From positions 1 to 64,000 of IMG/VR virus record IMGVR_UViG_3300028887_000100: a DNA stretch of 64,000 nucleotides; one strand, given 5' to 3'. The DNA comes from a virus (lineage: Duplodnaviria; Caudoviricetes). The notes beneath the pieces are model-generated. The model did not search any database. It was not told the origin of the DNA and worked only from the letters and a program-made list of their open reading frames with translations. A program made the position numbers and the translations under genes. Below are positions 35,795 to 45,396 of the stretch, one piece after another (the first letter of the stretch is position 1; each line of letters begins with the position of its first letter).

Positions 35795-36019
35795 TTACTC
35801 CTCTGCGTTTGTTGTGGTCGTAGTATCGATTATAGCCTTGATACTCAGCACGGGTGTTAAAAGCTCCCAATGCTTTACTTCGCTCTCCTTGATATCACTG
35901 GAAAGACTTTCAAAGCCTGTCGATTTCAAACTTACAATCTCAGCTCCCGTACTCATCTCATGAATATTGACTGTTACGCTGGGTGTGGTCAGTGTTGATA
36001 AAAGGTCTCTAAGTGTCAT
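35795..36019 (-). CDS. Small hypothetical protein
   Basis: 74-aa ORF coupled between portal and minor capsid. Confidence 0.55.
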   Translation of the reverse strand: MTLRDLLSTLTTPSVTVNIHEMSTGAEIVSLKSTGFESLSSDIKESEVKHWELLTPVLSIKAIIDTTTTTNAEE

Positions 36020-37686
36020 GAATCGAATCCTCCTTTGTTTTTGTTGAAGTTATTATTATCCTCGTTATTGCTTCCCATAATCATGTCATTTTCTGCGCTC
36101 TGTATGTTCTCTTTGTCGATTTCCTGAAGTGCCTGCTCTGCCTGTCTCTTTGTCTCTCCAAAATACCACATTCTGACTTCTACTTTGCTTGCAAGACCAG
36201 CATTCATGAGTGATAATCTCTTATTCAGCTCGGTATCTACATCTACCAAGATTGAATCGTCCCACTCAAATGATGCATCATAATCTCCATCGGGTGTGAT
36301 GTCGTATAAGTCACAGTATGCATTCATGATGTAAATGACATCGCGCAAAGTATCTTCCAATGAATCCTGTATGTCTTTATTCGTCTGGAATGCTCTCTGC
36401 TTCATGGATTTAATCTCTGTTGCTGTCTTAGCTTCCATTGTAGCGTCTGAAAGACTGCCTCGTCCTAATCCAGCGACATCTTCAATTCTCATGAGTATTG
36501 CATTAAGTCCTTGTATATAAGACGAATCCCGCAACGTAGGTGCGTAGGGCTGATATGTATTGGATTCGCCCAAGTCGATAGTTCTGAAAAGTCTTGCCTG
36601 TAAGTGGTTCATGACTGTCTGTCCGCCGCCCTTGCCATCTTCTCTAAACTGCATAGCATCACGGTCAATATCGATTGCCATCTCGCCTGCTTCATACTCC
36701 CACAGCATTCTTGAATACTGAAAATCTGCATCTTTGATGAGGTCTTTTACTCTGCTGTATCCAGATACACCAAGCGGTGATGATGTATCAATCGTATTAG
36801 CTTCTGGCATTCTGAAGTATGCAAAAAGCGGTTTCTGTATATTCTTGATAGTCACTGTCTCTTTTAAGTCTTTCCATGACGATACGCTCGACAGAGGAAC
36901 TTCCTGACCTAAATCCAATCCGTTTAAATCATCTTGATTTCCTTTGTTTGTCGTAGACTTGAATGCCTTGTTGATAATGGTCACTGTGTTATTCTTCCAC
37001 TTGTGATATTCAAGTCTCCTGAAAATGATGTCTTTTTCTATCTGAGTCTGTACAAAAGCGGCCTCTGTAATCTGTCCACTTGCGTCAAAAGCTAACGGGA
37101 AAAAGCTGTCTGCCTGTATGAAGTCAAATTCAATCTGCCAGTCAGTGTCTTTACCATCTACTTCATTAGCTACAAGATACGGCTTGATAACAAGTCCACC
37201 CTTTGCTATGCCATACTCTAACTGCTTTCTAAGCTGTTTCTTTAGCTTCTTGTATTGCTCGTTGAGATATTCAGCTCTATCAGTAGGACCAATAGCTCTG
37301 TCCTCTGTAATTGTCTTAGGCTCTAAGCTCGGCATGATATTGCCATACTCATCAGGCTCAGGCTCTTTGTATTTAGGATTAGGTCTTTCGACTTCTTCAG
37401 TAGGAGTGGTAATCTCGCTTTCAAACTCAAGCAAAGCTGTCCTTGCCTTCTCGCTTGCTATCATTGCAGGTAAGCCAAGCGATGCAATCCTCACAGGGTC
37501 CTGCGGAGTAGGTTCTTTAAGCCATGGAGCCTGATTCTTGTACATGTCAGCCCAAAGCTGTATAGCGTGTTCCATCTGTGATGACATAATAGGTGTTACG
37601 TGTAAAGTCTGTTCGATTGTCCTTGCTCCTATCATCTTCTTCAATATCTCCTTTAATTTTGATATTATACTTGACCAAAATGCCAT
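36016..37686 (-). CDS. Portal protein (A118-like)
   Basis: MIASEKART, GGLVIKPY, PLGVS, EWDDSI, MWYFGET. Confidence 0.9.
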   Translation of the reverse strand: MAFWSSIISKLKEILKKMIGARTIEQTLHVTPIMSSQMEHAIQLWADMYKNQAPWLKEPTPQDPVRIASLGLPAMIASEKARTALLEFESEITTPTEEVERPNPKYKEPEPDEYGNIMPSLEPKTITEDRAIGPTDRAEYLNEQYKKLKKQLRKQLEYGIAKGGLVIKPYLVANEVDGKDTDWQIEFDFIQADSFFPLAFDASGQITEAAFVQTQIEKDIIFRRLEYHKWKNNTVTIINKAFKSTTNKGNQDDLNGLDLGQEVPLSSVSSWKDLKETVTIKNIQKPLFAYFRMPEANTIDTSSPLGVSGYSRVKDLIKDADFQYSRMLWEYEAGEMAIDIDRDAMQFREDGKGGGQTVMNHLQARLFRTIDLGESNTYQPYAPTLRDSSYIQGLNAILMRIEDVAGLGRGSLSDATMEAKTATEIKSMKQRAFQTNKDIQDSLEDTLRDVIYIMNAYCDLYDITPDGDYDASFEWDDSILVDVDTELNKRLSLMNAGLASKVEVRMWYFGETKRQAEQALQEIDKENIQSAENDMIMGSNNEDNNNFNKNKGGFDS

Positions 37687-37696
37687 TTACTTCACC

Positions 37697-38578
37697 TCAT
37701 TTTTTGCGCTCTTTGCGGTCTGATTTTGACTCTATTGTAAGTGGTACCATGTATTCAAGCTCTCCATTTGTTGACATCTGTCCCCACGTATCAATTGGTC
37801 GTAACTGCATACTTGATACTTTTGGCTCTCCACCATGCTGTGAACCCGTAGCTCCATCTTTACCATATGCAAAATTCTCAGCTATCTTTTTATCTGGTGT
37901 ATATGATGTAAACACATCATCCGAAACAAGTTTTTGACCAGATGTTCCTCTATAAACTGTTATTGGCGTATATAACCAAGTCTTATAATCCATAGGTTTT
38001 TCATTTTTATCCAAACCAGTTTTATAATTGTGATATGCCACATTAAGTGATGCATTAAGTACGCCTTTATTATAAAACATTTGCTCGGCAATACGAGGCT
38101 TATATGATGAGTCTCCGTTTCTAAACCAGCCTGAAATATGACTTGCTTTAATTGAGTCCGTAATTTTATCAATCGCATCATCCATCGACATTTCATGTAG
38201 ATTTTTGATTTCTTCTTGACGCTTCATCTCGTACCACAACTGCCGTATGGAATCCAGACCCTCATTTGCACCAAACTGCTTAAACAATCTATTAGATAGA
38301 TTTTTATCTATAAACTCATCCACATCATCAGCATCTTTTAGTGGTCCTAATGACTTAATATCAAAATTATCAATCATGGAAGCATTTTTATCTTCGGCTC
38401 GTTTTTGTATCTCAGCTTGTTTCTTGCTTGCATCTATCTGCCGTTGCTTTTCGTCATTCTCTTTTTTGACCTCATTCTGACGCGCTGTAAAATTCTTGAT
38501 TGCATCGTCTTTCGATTGACCTTCCATAATGGGTATATGCTGTCCATTAATTGTTATCCAAGCTTTCACTCCTGCCAT
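37697..38578 (-). CDS. WIT-leader protein with ADP-ribosyltransferase domain
   Basis: WITINGQHIPI; ITVYRG (R), FTSYT (S), GELEY (ExE). Confidence 0.75.
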   Translation of the reverse strand: MAGVKAWITINGQHIPIMEGQSKDDAIKNFTARQNEVKKENDEKQRQIDASKKQAEIQKRAEDKNASMIDNFDIKSLGPLKDADDVDEFIDKNLSNRLFKQFGANEGLDSIRQLWYEMKRQEEIKNLHEMSMDDAIDKITDSIKASHISGWFRNGDSSYKPRIAEQMFYNKGVLNASLNVAYHNYKTGLDKNEKPMDYKTWLYTPITVYRGTSGQKLVSDDVFTSYTPDKKIAENFAYGKDGATGSQHGGEPKVSSMQLRPIDTWGQMSTNGELEYMVPLTIESKSDRKERKK

Positions 38579-39224
38579 GTATCTTCTCCTCAAGCTCTTT
38601 TATCAAGTCATCATCTGTCCAATACTGCGCTCTTACCGGCTCTTTACGTTTTCCACCACTGCCACCGCCTAAAAGATAGTCTACATGGTCAACAAGATTC
38701 GGCATTATATTTAAGGCACAGCAATCACGCTGAAACTCTTTTAAATACTGTCTGAATGCCCAATCATCATTGACTCCCTTTTCCCAATACTGACGGTAAA
38801 CAGGATTTCCAATGATGTATTTATTTACCCACTCAGCACACCAACGTGCCCACATGTTGGGTATTCTGATGCAAGGAAAACTAAACCACATACGCGCTCT
38901 CGGCACTGCTCCTCTCTTGTTTGCTTCATCACCATCGTAAAGCTTACTTGAGAATCCACACACAAGTCCGTTATCATACCACTCTGTCCTCTGCTTAAAA
39001 TCTTTACAGATGAGAACATCATCTTGCAAATGCCAAGTGCCTCCGATATCGTTTGGACAGCTTGCAAATGCGCTCATACAAGCCCGCAAGTTGCCTTCTC
39101 CCTTACTGTCATTATACACTGTAATGTCATCTTTTGCAATACCTTGTGCCAACATTGATGGAATTAAATATTGCTCTACATACCACAGCCTTTTCGGATA
39201 TGTGTGTATCATGTATTTTGCCAT
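38547..39224 (-). CDS. Glycosyltransferase (GT-A-like)
   Basis: WHLQDDVL (DxD-like), FSFPCIRIP, LVDHVD. Confidence 0.7.
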   Translation of the reverse strand: MAKYMIHTYPKRLWYVEQYLIPSMLAQGIAKDDITVYNDSKGEGNLRACMSAFASCPNDIGGTWHLQDDVLICKDFKQRTEWYDNGLVCGFSSKLYDGDEANKRGAVPRARMWFSFPCIRIPNMWARWCAEWVNKYIIGNPVYRQYWEKGVNDDWAFRQYLKEFQRDCCALNIMPNLVDHVDYLLGGGSGGKRKEPVRAQYWTDDDLIKELEEKIHGRSESLDNN

Positions 39225-40739
39225 TTACTTTCTCCTGTCTATCTCTGTCTGACTGCCTTTCCGCAACCAGTTATAGTAATACATCAAAGCATCAAATTCC
39301 ACCACTCTCAATCGCTTTGAAAACATCTGCCTATGAAACTGCACATCACTCTTGGAACGTACATTTCCAAATCTTGAATCTCCGATGCTTGTGCGTTTCC
39401 AAGCTTTATTCCATGTCGCTATCCAATACCCACCAGTTGGTAATTGTGGTCTTGCATACAGCCAATCTTTGAAAATAAAGCTGAAGCATAGAATATCTGG
39501 CTCGTTCTCTTCTCTCAGCTTTCGGTCAAGTTCTGTCAATACATATTCATGTATCCACCAGTCATCGTCATCCATGAAGAGTATGTAATCGCCTTTAGCT
39601 TCTTCAATACCTCTATTTCTCGTTGGTCCATCACAGTGATTTTCAACTGTAAACACTTTGTCGGTGTATTCTCTGGCTATGCTTTCAGTGTTGTCCGTAC
39701 AACTGTCACATACGATTATCAACTCGAAATCGCGAAAAATCTGCATTTTTATGCTTTTCAACGCTTTTCGGATGTGGTTTTCAGCGTTAAAAGCTGGAAT
39801 TATGATGCTGAATCTTGGCTGGTATATACGCTTTGCAAGTGCTTTTATACCCTCTTGGAATTGATGTCTTTCGTGTCTTATAGACTGTCGGTAACCATCA
39901 AAATCTGACTTACATGTCTCATAATGCTTCAGCACTTCCCGAATCTTCTCACATATTGCTGGCAAGTTCTTGCTGTCTCTGTCAAATTTGTATTCCTCTG
40001 GTATGTTCACATCGTCTCGATATTTGGCACTACCTTCTCTGTCTGTGATTATACAACAACCTCTGGACGCTGATTCTCTTGGCATTCTATCTTTGCCGGG
40101 ATGCTCACCAAAGTCAATATACAGCTTGCTACTGTCCATCAGACTTATAATCTGTGTCTGTGTCAAGTTGCATATTGGCATAAATGTCACATCAGGCATT
40201 CGTGATATTATCTGCTCCGTAAAATCCATACCCTTTTTAGGATTATACAGTACAATATCCGAACGCTCTGTGACGCTCATATTTGACAAATAAGCTGGGT
40301 TTATATAATCACCTGTATAAATTATCTGCTTCGCATCAATACCGCTCTTTATGAGAAAATCTGACGCATAAAATGACTGTGTGAGATGCAAAATCCTATT
40401 GTATTCTTTCGGAACTGCATCTCTGCCAGTCCACTTCTTGTAGTTATCTACACTTTCCCAGAAAATAATGCTTCGATTGTTCTTGAATCGCTCTATCTTC
40501 TTGGCCCAGATTTCTGGAAATATCAGAACTGCATCACTGTCTGGACTGTCTGTAACGATGTAATTACACCCATATGCTTTAGTATATCGCTCTGGCTGTG
40601 GATTGTTCAACTGCTTTGCGATATACCACATTTTTGCACATATATCGGCTTGCTGATTCAATTCCCAGCATAACTGATGTAAAAGCTCTATTCCACCTGT
40701 TTCGCAACGCTCTGGACATGCTACAAACACATTGACCAT
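39225..40739 (-). CDS. Two-domain glycosyltransferase (GT-B-like plus GT2)
   Basis: GGIELLHQL...GKDRMPRE; FSIIIPAFN...DSCTD...RNRGI...FMDDDD. Confidence 0.85.
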   Translation of the reverse strand: MVNVFVACPERCETGGIELLHQLCWELNQQADICAKMWYIAKQLNNPQPERYTKAYGCNYIVTDSPDSDAVLIFPEIWAKKIERFKNNRSIIFWESVDNYKKWTGRDAVPKEYNRILHLTQSFYASDFLIKSGIDAKQIIYTGDYINPAYLSNMSVTERSDIVLYNPKKGMDFTEQIISRMPDVTFMPICNLTQTQIISLMDSSKLYIDFGEHPGKDRMPRESASRGCCIITDREGSAKYRDDVNIPEEYKFDRDSKNLPAICEKIREVLKHYETCKSDFDGYRQSIRHERHQFQEGIKALAKRIYQPRFSIIIPAFNAENHIRKALKSIKMQIFRDFELIIVCDSCTDNTESIAREYTDKVFTVENHCDGPTRNRGIEEAKGDYILFMDDDDWWIHEYVLTELDRKLREENEPDILCFSFIFKDWLYARPQLPTGGYWIATWNKAWKRTSIGDSRFGNVRSKSDVQFHRQMFSKRLRVVEFDALMYYYNWLRKGSQTEIDRRK

Positions 40740-40742
40740 ATA

Positions 40743-42056
40743 TCAATTACCCTTTCTGTTAGCGTATTTCTGTAATGCATAACGCACCGCATCTATTGAA
40801 TGGTTGTTTTCGTCTGGATATGCGCTTATGAAGTTGCCATCTCTGTCCTGCTCATATTCATACTGAGTAAATTCCTTATAGGTCTCGGGACATCTTCTTG
40901 CATCGATGTAAATATGATTTAAGCCTTGCAACCACTTTATGCCATATCGTACCGAATCTGGTCCTTTGTCAGCGCCTCGAATGAATGCTCCATATGCTTT
41001 AAAGTCTGCGATTGATTTTTCCTCTGCGCTGTCGGCTATTACCAGCTCATCCTTGCGTACTTTCTTCAGGTCATTGTATAAAATATCGAATACAACCTGA
41101 TTTCGCGTTTTTACTGTGTTGTACTCATCAAAGATGTATAAATCCAAGTGCTTGATATCAAAATGCATTCTGACATAGCGGAACGGGTCTCTCGCAAAAC
41201 CCCAATCGATTCCATTGTATATCTCGCTGAACGTCTGCCACATCGGCACTTTTTTGTCCTCAATTCCCATGCCGTTGTAATGAGATACAAGCTTAGTCAT
41301 ATCCAAATCGCAAGCATTCGGAAATACATCTCCACCTGTTCCTACAGGAACTCCCATGTATTCATGCTCATACGCTCTCGGATTCTTCTCTTTCAGCTCG
41401 TTTGCTTCTTCAAGAAACTCTGGTCCTAACCAGCTCTTAGGCACTTGTAAATATGTGGTTCTTACTACCAGTGTAGACTTTTGAGGTCTCAGCTCATATC
41501 CTTCTACAAACTCATTAGCCCAATTATTCTTTGAGATAGGCGGGTTAAACGTTCTGAAATCCCAAAACAGCTCGCCACCACGCTTTGTAGACTGTGTTAC
41601 TTTTCTAAGCTCGCGCTCGCCCGCGAATTGGTCAAGCTCCTCGAACCAGTCTATACCGATGTATCCGAATGCCGGCTTTATTGATTTTACTTTGTCCGGG
41701 TCATCAAGTCCCATGAAGTAGATTTTCTGACCTGTTGGTATGTACTCGATTGGTGTTGAATAGTTTTTAGATATCTTAAATAAATCCTGCAATCCAAGCT
41801 GATAGATTCCCCAAACTACCTGTGGGAATATCGATGTCTGAATCGTATTGGCTATCTTTCTAAAACAGACTGCATGTATATTTGGGTATGCTGTGATTAA
41901 CAGCGGTATCGCTATTCCACCAACAAATGATGACTTTGTGCTTCCTCGTCCTCCCGGAAATATGTACCTGCTATGTCGATGGTCAAGTATATCTTCTAAA
42001 ACATCAAAAAAGTCAGGTATAATACAGTCACGGAGAGGGATATTAATTTGTGGCAT
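40743..42056 (-). CDS. terL: Terminase large subunit (PBSX family)
   Basis: GGRGSTKS Walker A, WFEE Walker B, TFNPP, GIDWG, NHSIDAVRY. Confidence 0.95.
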   Translation of the reverse strand: MPQINIPLRDCIIPDFFDVLEDILDHRHSRYIFPGGRGSTKSSFVGGIAIPLLITAYPNIHAVCFRKIANTIQTSIFPQVVWGIYQLGLQDLFKISKNYSTPIEYIPTGQKIYFMGLDDPDKVKSIKPAFGYIGIDWFEELDQFAGERELRKVTQSTKRGGELFWDFRTFNPPISKNNWANEFVEGYELRPQKSTLVVRTTYLQVPKSWLGPEFLEEANELKEKNPRAYEHEYMGVPVGTGGDVFPNACDLDMTKLVSHYNGMGIEDKKVPMWQTFSEIYNGIDWGFARDPFRYVRMHFDIKHLDLYIFDEYNTVKTRNQVVFDILYNDLKKVRKDELVIADSAEEKSIADFKAYGAFIRGADKGPDSVRYGIKWLQGLNHIYIDARRCPETYKEFTQYEYEQDRDGNFISAYPDENNHSIDAVRYALQKYANRKGN

Positions 42057-42109
42057 ATCTGACTGCATCCTTTCCTGTAAAATCAGCAAAAAGCAGGTTG
42101 GTAGCCTGC

Positions 42110-43270
42110 TTAGATGTTATACTGTTTTTTAAGTTTTAAAACGTCCTGCATATAATTATCAATCTGCTTTTCGTTAAGCGTGAACTCGCCAGATGACTCG
42201 CTGAAGCGTTTCCATGATGCTTGGTCTTTTATGCTTAGACCTTTTCCAGCTTTGCTCTCTGCTGTGAGTCTCAGATTTCTGCCAGCATTGTCATATACTT
42301 TAAGTGAATCAACAACACCAGACAGCTTTTGTACCGCGTCATATGCTTTTCTATGTGCGGCTGTCAGCTGATGCAATGGAACAAGTCTTTTCTGCTTCAC
42401 GAATCTATCCAAGCTGTTTTGTCTTACCGTTTTGAAATCGCTGTAAACAAATGACATCTCGGTCTTGTAACCAGCTTTCTTTGCGGTATCTAAAAGCTTA
42501 TAAACTCCACTGCCTGTAGCTGTACCGTCATACAGTGTCGGATAGTTGTTCTGTAAAGCTGTGTTGTATATCTGCTTTGCAAGTGCTGAAGATTCCTCAT
42601 GATAATACGCTGTGAGTCTTTCATCCATCTCTTTTCCATCAGCTTTAGCAAGTGCTTTTTTGATATCATCAGGGTCAATCAGCATCGGGTTTTTATTCTG
42701 TGAGTAAAAATCTCCAATATTCTTACTGAATACACCCTTACCAGATGCGGCACCACCACCCGTAAACATAGCGACTTTTTCCTCACCCGGCGCATACGGC
42801 TTATGGTCTTTGAAATAATTTTCCATAATCTGTCTGTGTACTTCAGCACGTTCAGGAGATAAATTACCATTTTTATCAAGATGGTCAGCAAATGATTGTT
42901 CACCAGCGTTTCCTGCTTCTGATGTGTCTATCTTATCAACTTCCTTGCCCTTAAACATCATCTTGCCATTGCTCATTGTGACTTTATCGCCTTTTGCCAA
43001 TTCATCTCTGTACTTAGACTCATTATTAAGCTTTTCCGCGTCTGTTTTGTTCTTAGCTATATCTTTATCTTTCTTATGTGCATCTAAGCTGTTTCCTGTC
43101 ATTTTAGAGCTATTGGAAGCTGTATTTGACTTGTTGCTCTGCGTAGACTTCTTTCCTGTTGCTTCCGCTACTCTGTTTTTGATGTCTGCGTCAGTATCAC
43201 CAGCATATATCGGAATATGTTTTCCACCCTTTAGTGTTATCCATCTTTCGGGTTCGCGCTCTTTTGCCAT
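42110..43270 (-). CDS. WIT-leader protein with zeta-toxin-like P-loop kinase domain
   Basis: WITLKGGKHIPI; GGGAASGKG, IDPDDIK, HEESS, YDGT. Confidence 0.8.
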   Translation of the reverse strand: MAKEREPERWITLKGGKHIPIYAGDTDADIKNRVAEATGKKSTQSNKSNTASNSSKMTGNSLDAHKKDKDIAKNKTDAEKLNNESKYRDELAKGDKVTMSNGKMMFKGKEVDKIDTSEAGNAGEQSFADHLDKNGNLSPERAEVHRQIMENYFKDHKPYAPGEEKVAMFTGGGAASGKGVFSKNIGDFYSQNKNPMLIDPDDIKKALAKADGKEMDERLTAYYHEESSALAKQIYNTALQNNYPTLYDGTATGSGVYKLLDTAKKAGYKTEMSFVYSDFKTVRQNSLDRFVKQKRLVPLHQLTAAHRKAYDAVQKLSGVVDSLKVYDNAGRNLRLTAESKAGKGLSIKDQASWKRFSESSGEFTLNEKQIDNYMQDVLKLKKQYNI

Positions 43271-43282
43271 GATGCTCTCCTC

Positions 43283-43531
43283 TCACATTAATCCATATTG
43301 TATCGCTGAAGCTGTCTCATATAATGCCAGATTGTAATACTTAAACTCTGCATCATTCTTGAACGCTGACCGTTCACGTGCCTGTTTCTTTGATGTGACA
43401 TCACTATTGGCCATATTGCTTATCTGTGTCAATCTGTCAGCATCTACCTGCTTCGCGTCTGCATCAGTAAACTCTGCGCCTTTGGCTTTACTCTTGTAAT
43501 AAGCTATCTCTTTATCATTCAGTTTCGCCAT
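43283..43531 (-). CDS. Small helical protein, candidate antitoxin for the zeta-like gene
   Basis: Immediately upstream of the zeta-like gene, as epsilon is in epsilon-zeta systems. Confidence 0.5.
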   Translation of the reverse strand: MAKLNDKEIAYYKSKAKGAEFTDADAKQVDADRLTQISNMANSDVTSKKQARERSAFKNDAEFKYYNLALYETASAIQYGLM

Positions 43532-44174
43532 TGCTCTTCCTCCAATCAAGCTTTATTGTCATGACGTTATCAGGTACACCCTTAACTCTGTTGTCTATGT
43601 CTACTGTCCTCTTTGCAAGCTCCTGACCAGCTTTTATTCTATCTGCTAATGTCGCATCAAGTCCAAATTGGTCTTTGATTTCGCCATTCATCACCTTGGT
43701 CAAAAACTTCATAACGTCTGCGGCTGTCGCGATTGCATGTTCCTCTTTCTTGGCATTGAGTCGGTCGATTTCCTTTTTCACCTTCTCCAGTGTCAACAAA
43801 CGCGATGCCTGCTTACACGCTGTTGTTTCCTTATACCCTGCTCTTATGGCTGACTGCTGTCCATTGCTTGTTTCTGCATAATAGATACAGAATAATTTCT
43901 GCTGTTGGTTAAGTACATCTGGACAGTTTCTTTTCTGCTTGAATCCTTTTTGTCTCTGTACTCTTGGTTTCTTTTCTTTCTTTGGTTCTTCTGTTTTCTT
44001 TTCTGTTTTTGCTTTCTTTTCTTTCTGCTTTTTTTCTTCTTCCTGTTTGTATGTATCTTGTAATAGTTTTAATGTACTTCTATGTGTTGTTTTGGAGCTT
44101 TTCGATGTGCTTTTCTTTTTTATGGATTTTCCCGCCGATTTTTTTGTTTTCTTCTTCTCAGTGTCTTTATCCAT
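43515..44174 (-). CDS. terS: Terminase small subunit with long basic N-terminus
   Basis: LNQQQKLFCIYY...NGQQSAIRAGY...ASRLL...DRIKAGQELAK. Confidence 0.9.
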   Translation of the reverse strand: MDKDTEKKKTKKSAGKSIKKKSTSKSSKTTHRSTLKLLQDTYKQEEEKKQKEKKAKTEKKTEEPKKEKKPRVQRQKGFKQKRNCPDVLNQQQKLFCIYYAETSNGQQSAIRAGYKETTACKQASRLLTLEKVKKEIDRLNAKKEEHAIATAADVMKFLTKVMNGEIKDQFGLDATLADRIKAGQELAKRTVDIDNRVKGVPDNVMTIKLDWRKSNGETE

Positions 44175-44192
44175 TGTATCAGCTCCTTTTTA

Positions 44193-44393
44193 TTAATACA
44201 TCATGTCTAAACAGCTTGCTGTTGCCTGTGGCATATATGCAGGTATATTTCTTTTACTGAATCCGTCATAATGCTTTTTTAACAGGCTGTCTACATCTGG
44301 TTGCTTAAAATAGGTATCTGTCTCTGCATCAGTATAATTACCGCACTGCTTAAAATATGTCTTTACCGACTGTGTATACTCCTGTAATGTCAT
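44193..44393 (-). CDS. Small partner protein, candidate immunity
   Basis: Directly downstream of the GNAT-like gene; start MTLQEY. Confidence 0.55.
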   Translation of the reverse strand: MTLQEYTQSVKTYFKQCGNYTDAETDTYFKQPDVDSLLKKHYDGFSKRNIPAYMPQATASCLDMMY

Positions 44394-44408
44394 CTTTAAA
44401 CCCTCCAA

Positions 44409-45209
44409 CTATTTTATGAATTTATCTCTATACTTCATTGCATCATCATATCCATTTTCACCCGTAAAGGGCTTATTATTATTCTTAAACTCTTCAAGGT
44501 CTGTATTCTTTACTTTACCAATACCAACATATCGGTAAAATACTACATCTTCACGACCACATCCGCTTTCTTTCCATCCTTTTGGCGCATATTTCTCATT
44601 GAACTTTGTATAACTTACAGGCTCAAATCCACAGCTTACATAAAATTCATGATTACCATCAAAACTATCAAGCTTTCTGCCTCCAAGTTTTACTGCTTCA
44701 GCCATCAGCTCTCTGCCTTTCATTTTATCATTGGTATTCTTGCATAGGCTGATTATATCACCATTTCTGTCTACTGCTACTGTAGAACCACCTTTACTGA
44801 CATAACATGCACAACCACGTGCTTTATAATCCTCTATTGTATGTGTATCATCTACTCTCCACTTATCAGCAATAGGACGGCTCTCTTTAGCAGTTACTAA
44901 TGATTTATTAAATGATGCTGGGTTAACTGTCTGTAAAGCTTTTGTGGTATTTTCTGATTGCTTCGCATTATCTGCTTCTTTCTGATTTCTTGCTATCTGC
45001 TGGTCTTTCTCATCTTCATTTTTGGCGATGCTCTTCTGGTCATCTGACTGCTTGGTCGCTGTCTTTTTATCAACTGTTTTGTCTGATACTGTCTTTGTCT
45101 TGCTCTGCTTTCCTACAAAGCTCTTTACTGCATCAGCTTTAGACTGACCTTTCATGATAGGGACTCTGTTACCGTTTACAGTTATCCACTGTTCTATCTC
45201 TTTAGACAT
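44409..45209 (-). CDS. WIT-leader protein with GNAT-like domain
   Basis: WITVNGNRVPI; DIISLC...GRELMAEAVKLGGRKLDSF...FYVSCGF. Confidence 0.65.
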   Translation of the reverse strand: MSKEIEQWITVNGNRVPIMKGQSKADAVKSFVGKQSKTKTVSDKTVDKKTATKQSDDQKSIAKNEDEKDQQIARNQKEADNAKQSENTTKALQTVNPASFNKSLVTAKESRPIADKWRVDDTHTIEDYKARGCACYVSKGGSTVAVDRNGDIISLCKNTNDKMKGRELMAEAVKLGGRKLDSFDGNHEFYVSCGFEPVSYTKFNEKYAPKGWKESGCGREDVVFYRYVGIGKVKNTDLEEFKNNNKPFTGENGYDDAMKYRDKFIK

Positions 45210-45210
45210 A

Positions 45211-45396
45211 TCATTCTACCTCTTCCAAATCTTCTTCTCCTACTGCGTAGACTTCATCCAAATCTGACATCACTCCCCACGCGTCAAGCTCTCTGTCATA
45301 TCCACGTACTTCATAAATCTTACCTTTTTCAAAAGCTCCATTAGTCTCTCCGATGTACTTAGCTTTACTTCCTTTGTGTAACATTTTCATCCTCAC
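45211..45396 (-). CDS. SH3-like small protein, candidate immunity
   Basis: KAKYIGET...KGKIYEV...DEVY...EDLEEV; overlaps the stop of the upstream effector. Confidence 0.6.
   Translation of the reverse strand: MRMKMLHKGSKAKYIGETNGAFEKGKIYEVRGYDRELDAWGVMSDLDEVYAVGEEDLEEVE

Noticed and set aside
43930-44174. Long T-rich low-complexity tract as a regulatory or repeat element
   Set aside because: Explained by the Lys-rich N-terminus of the terminase small subunit on the minus strand
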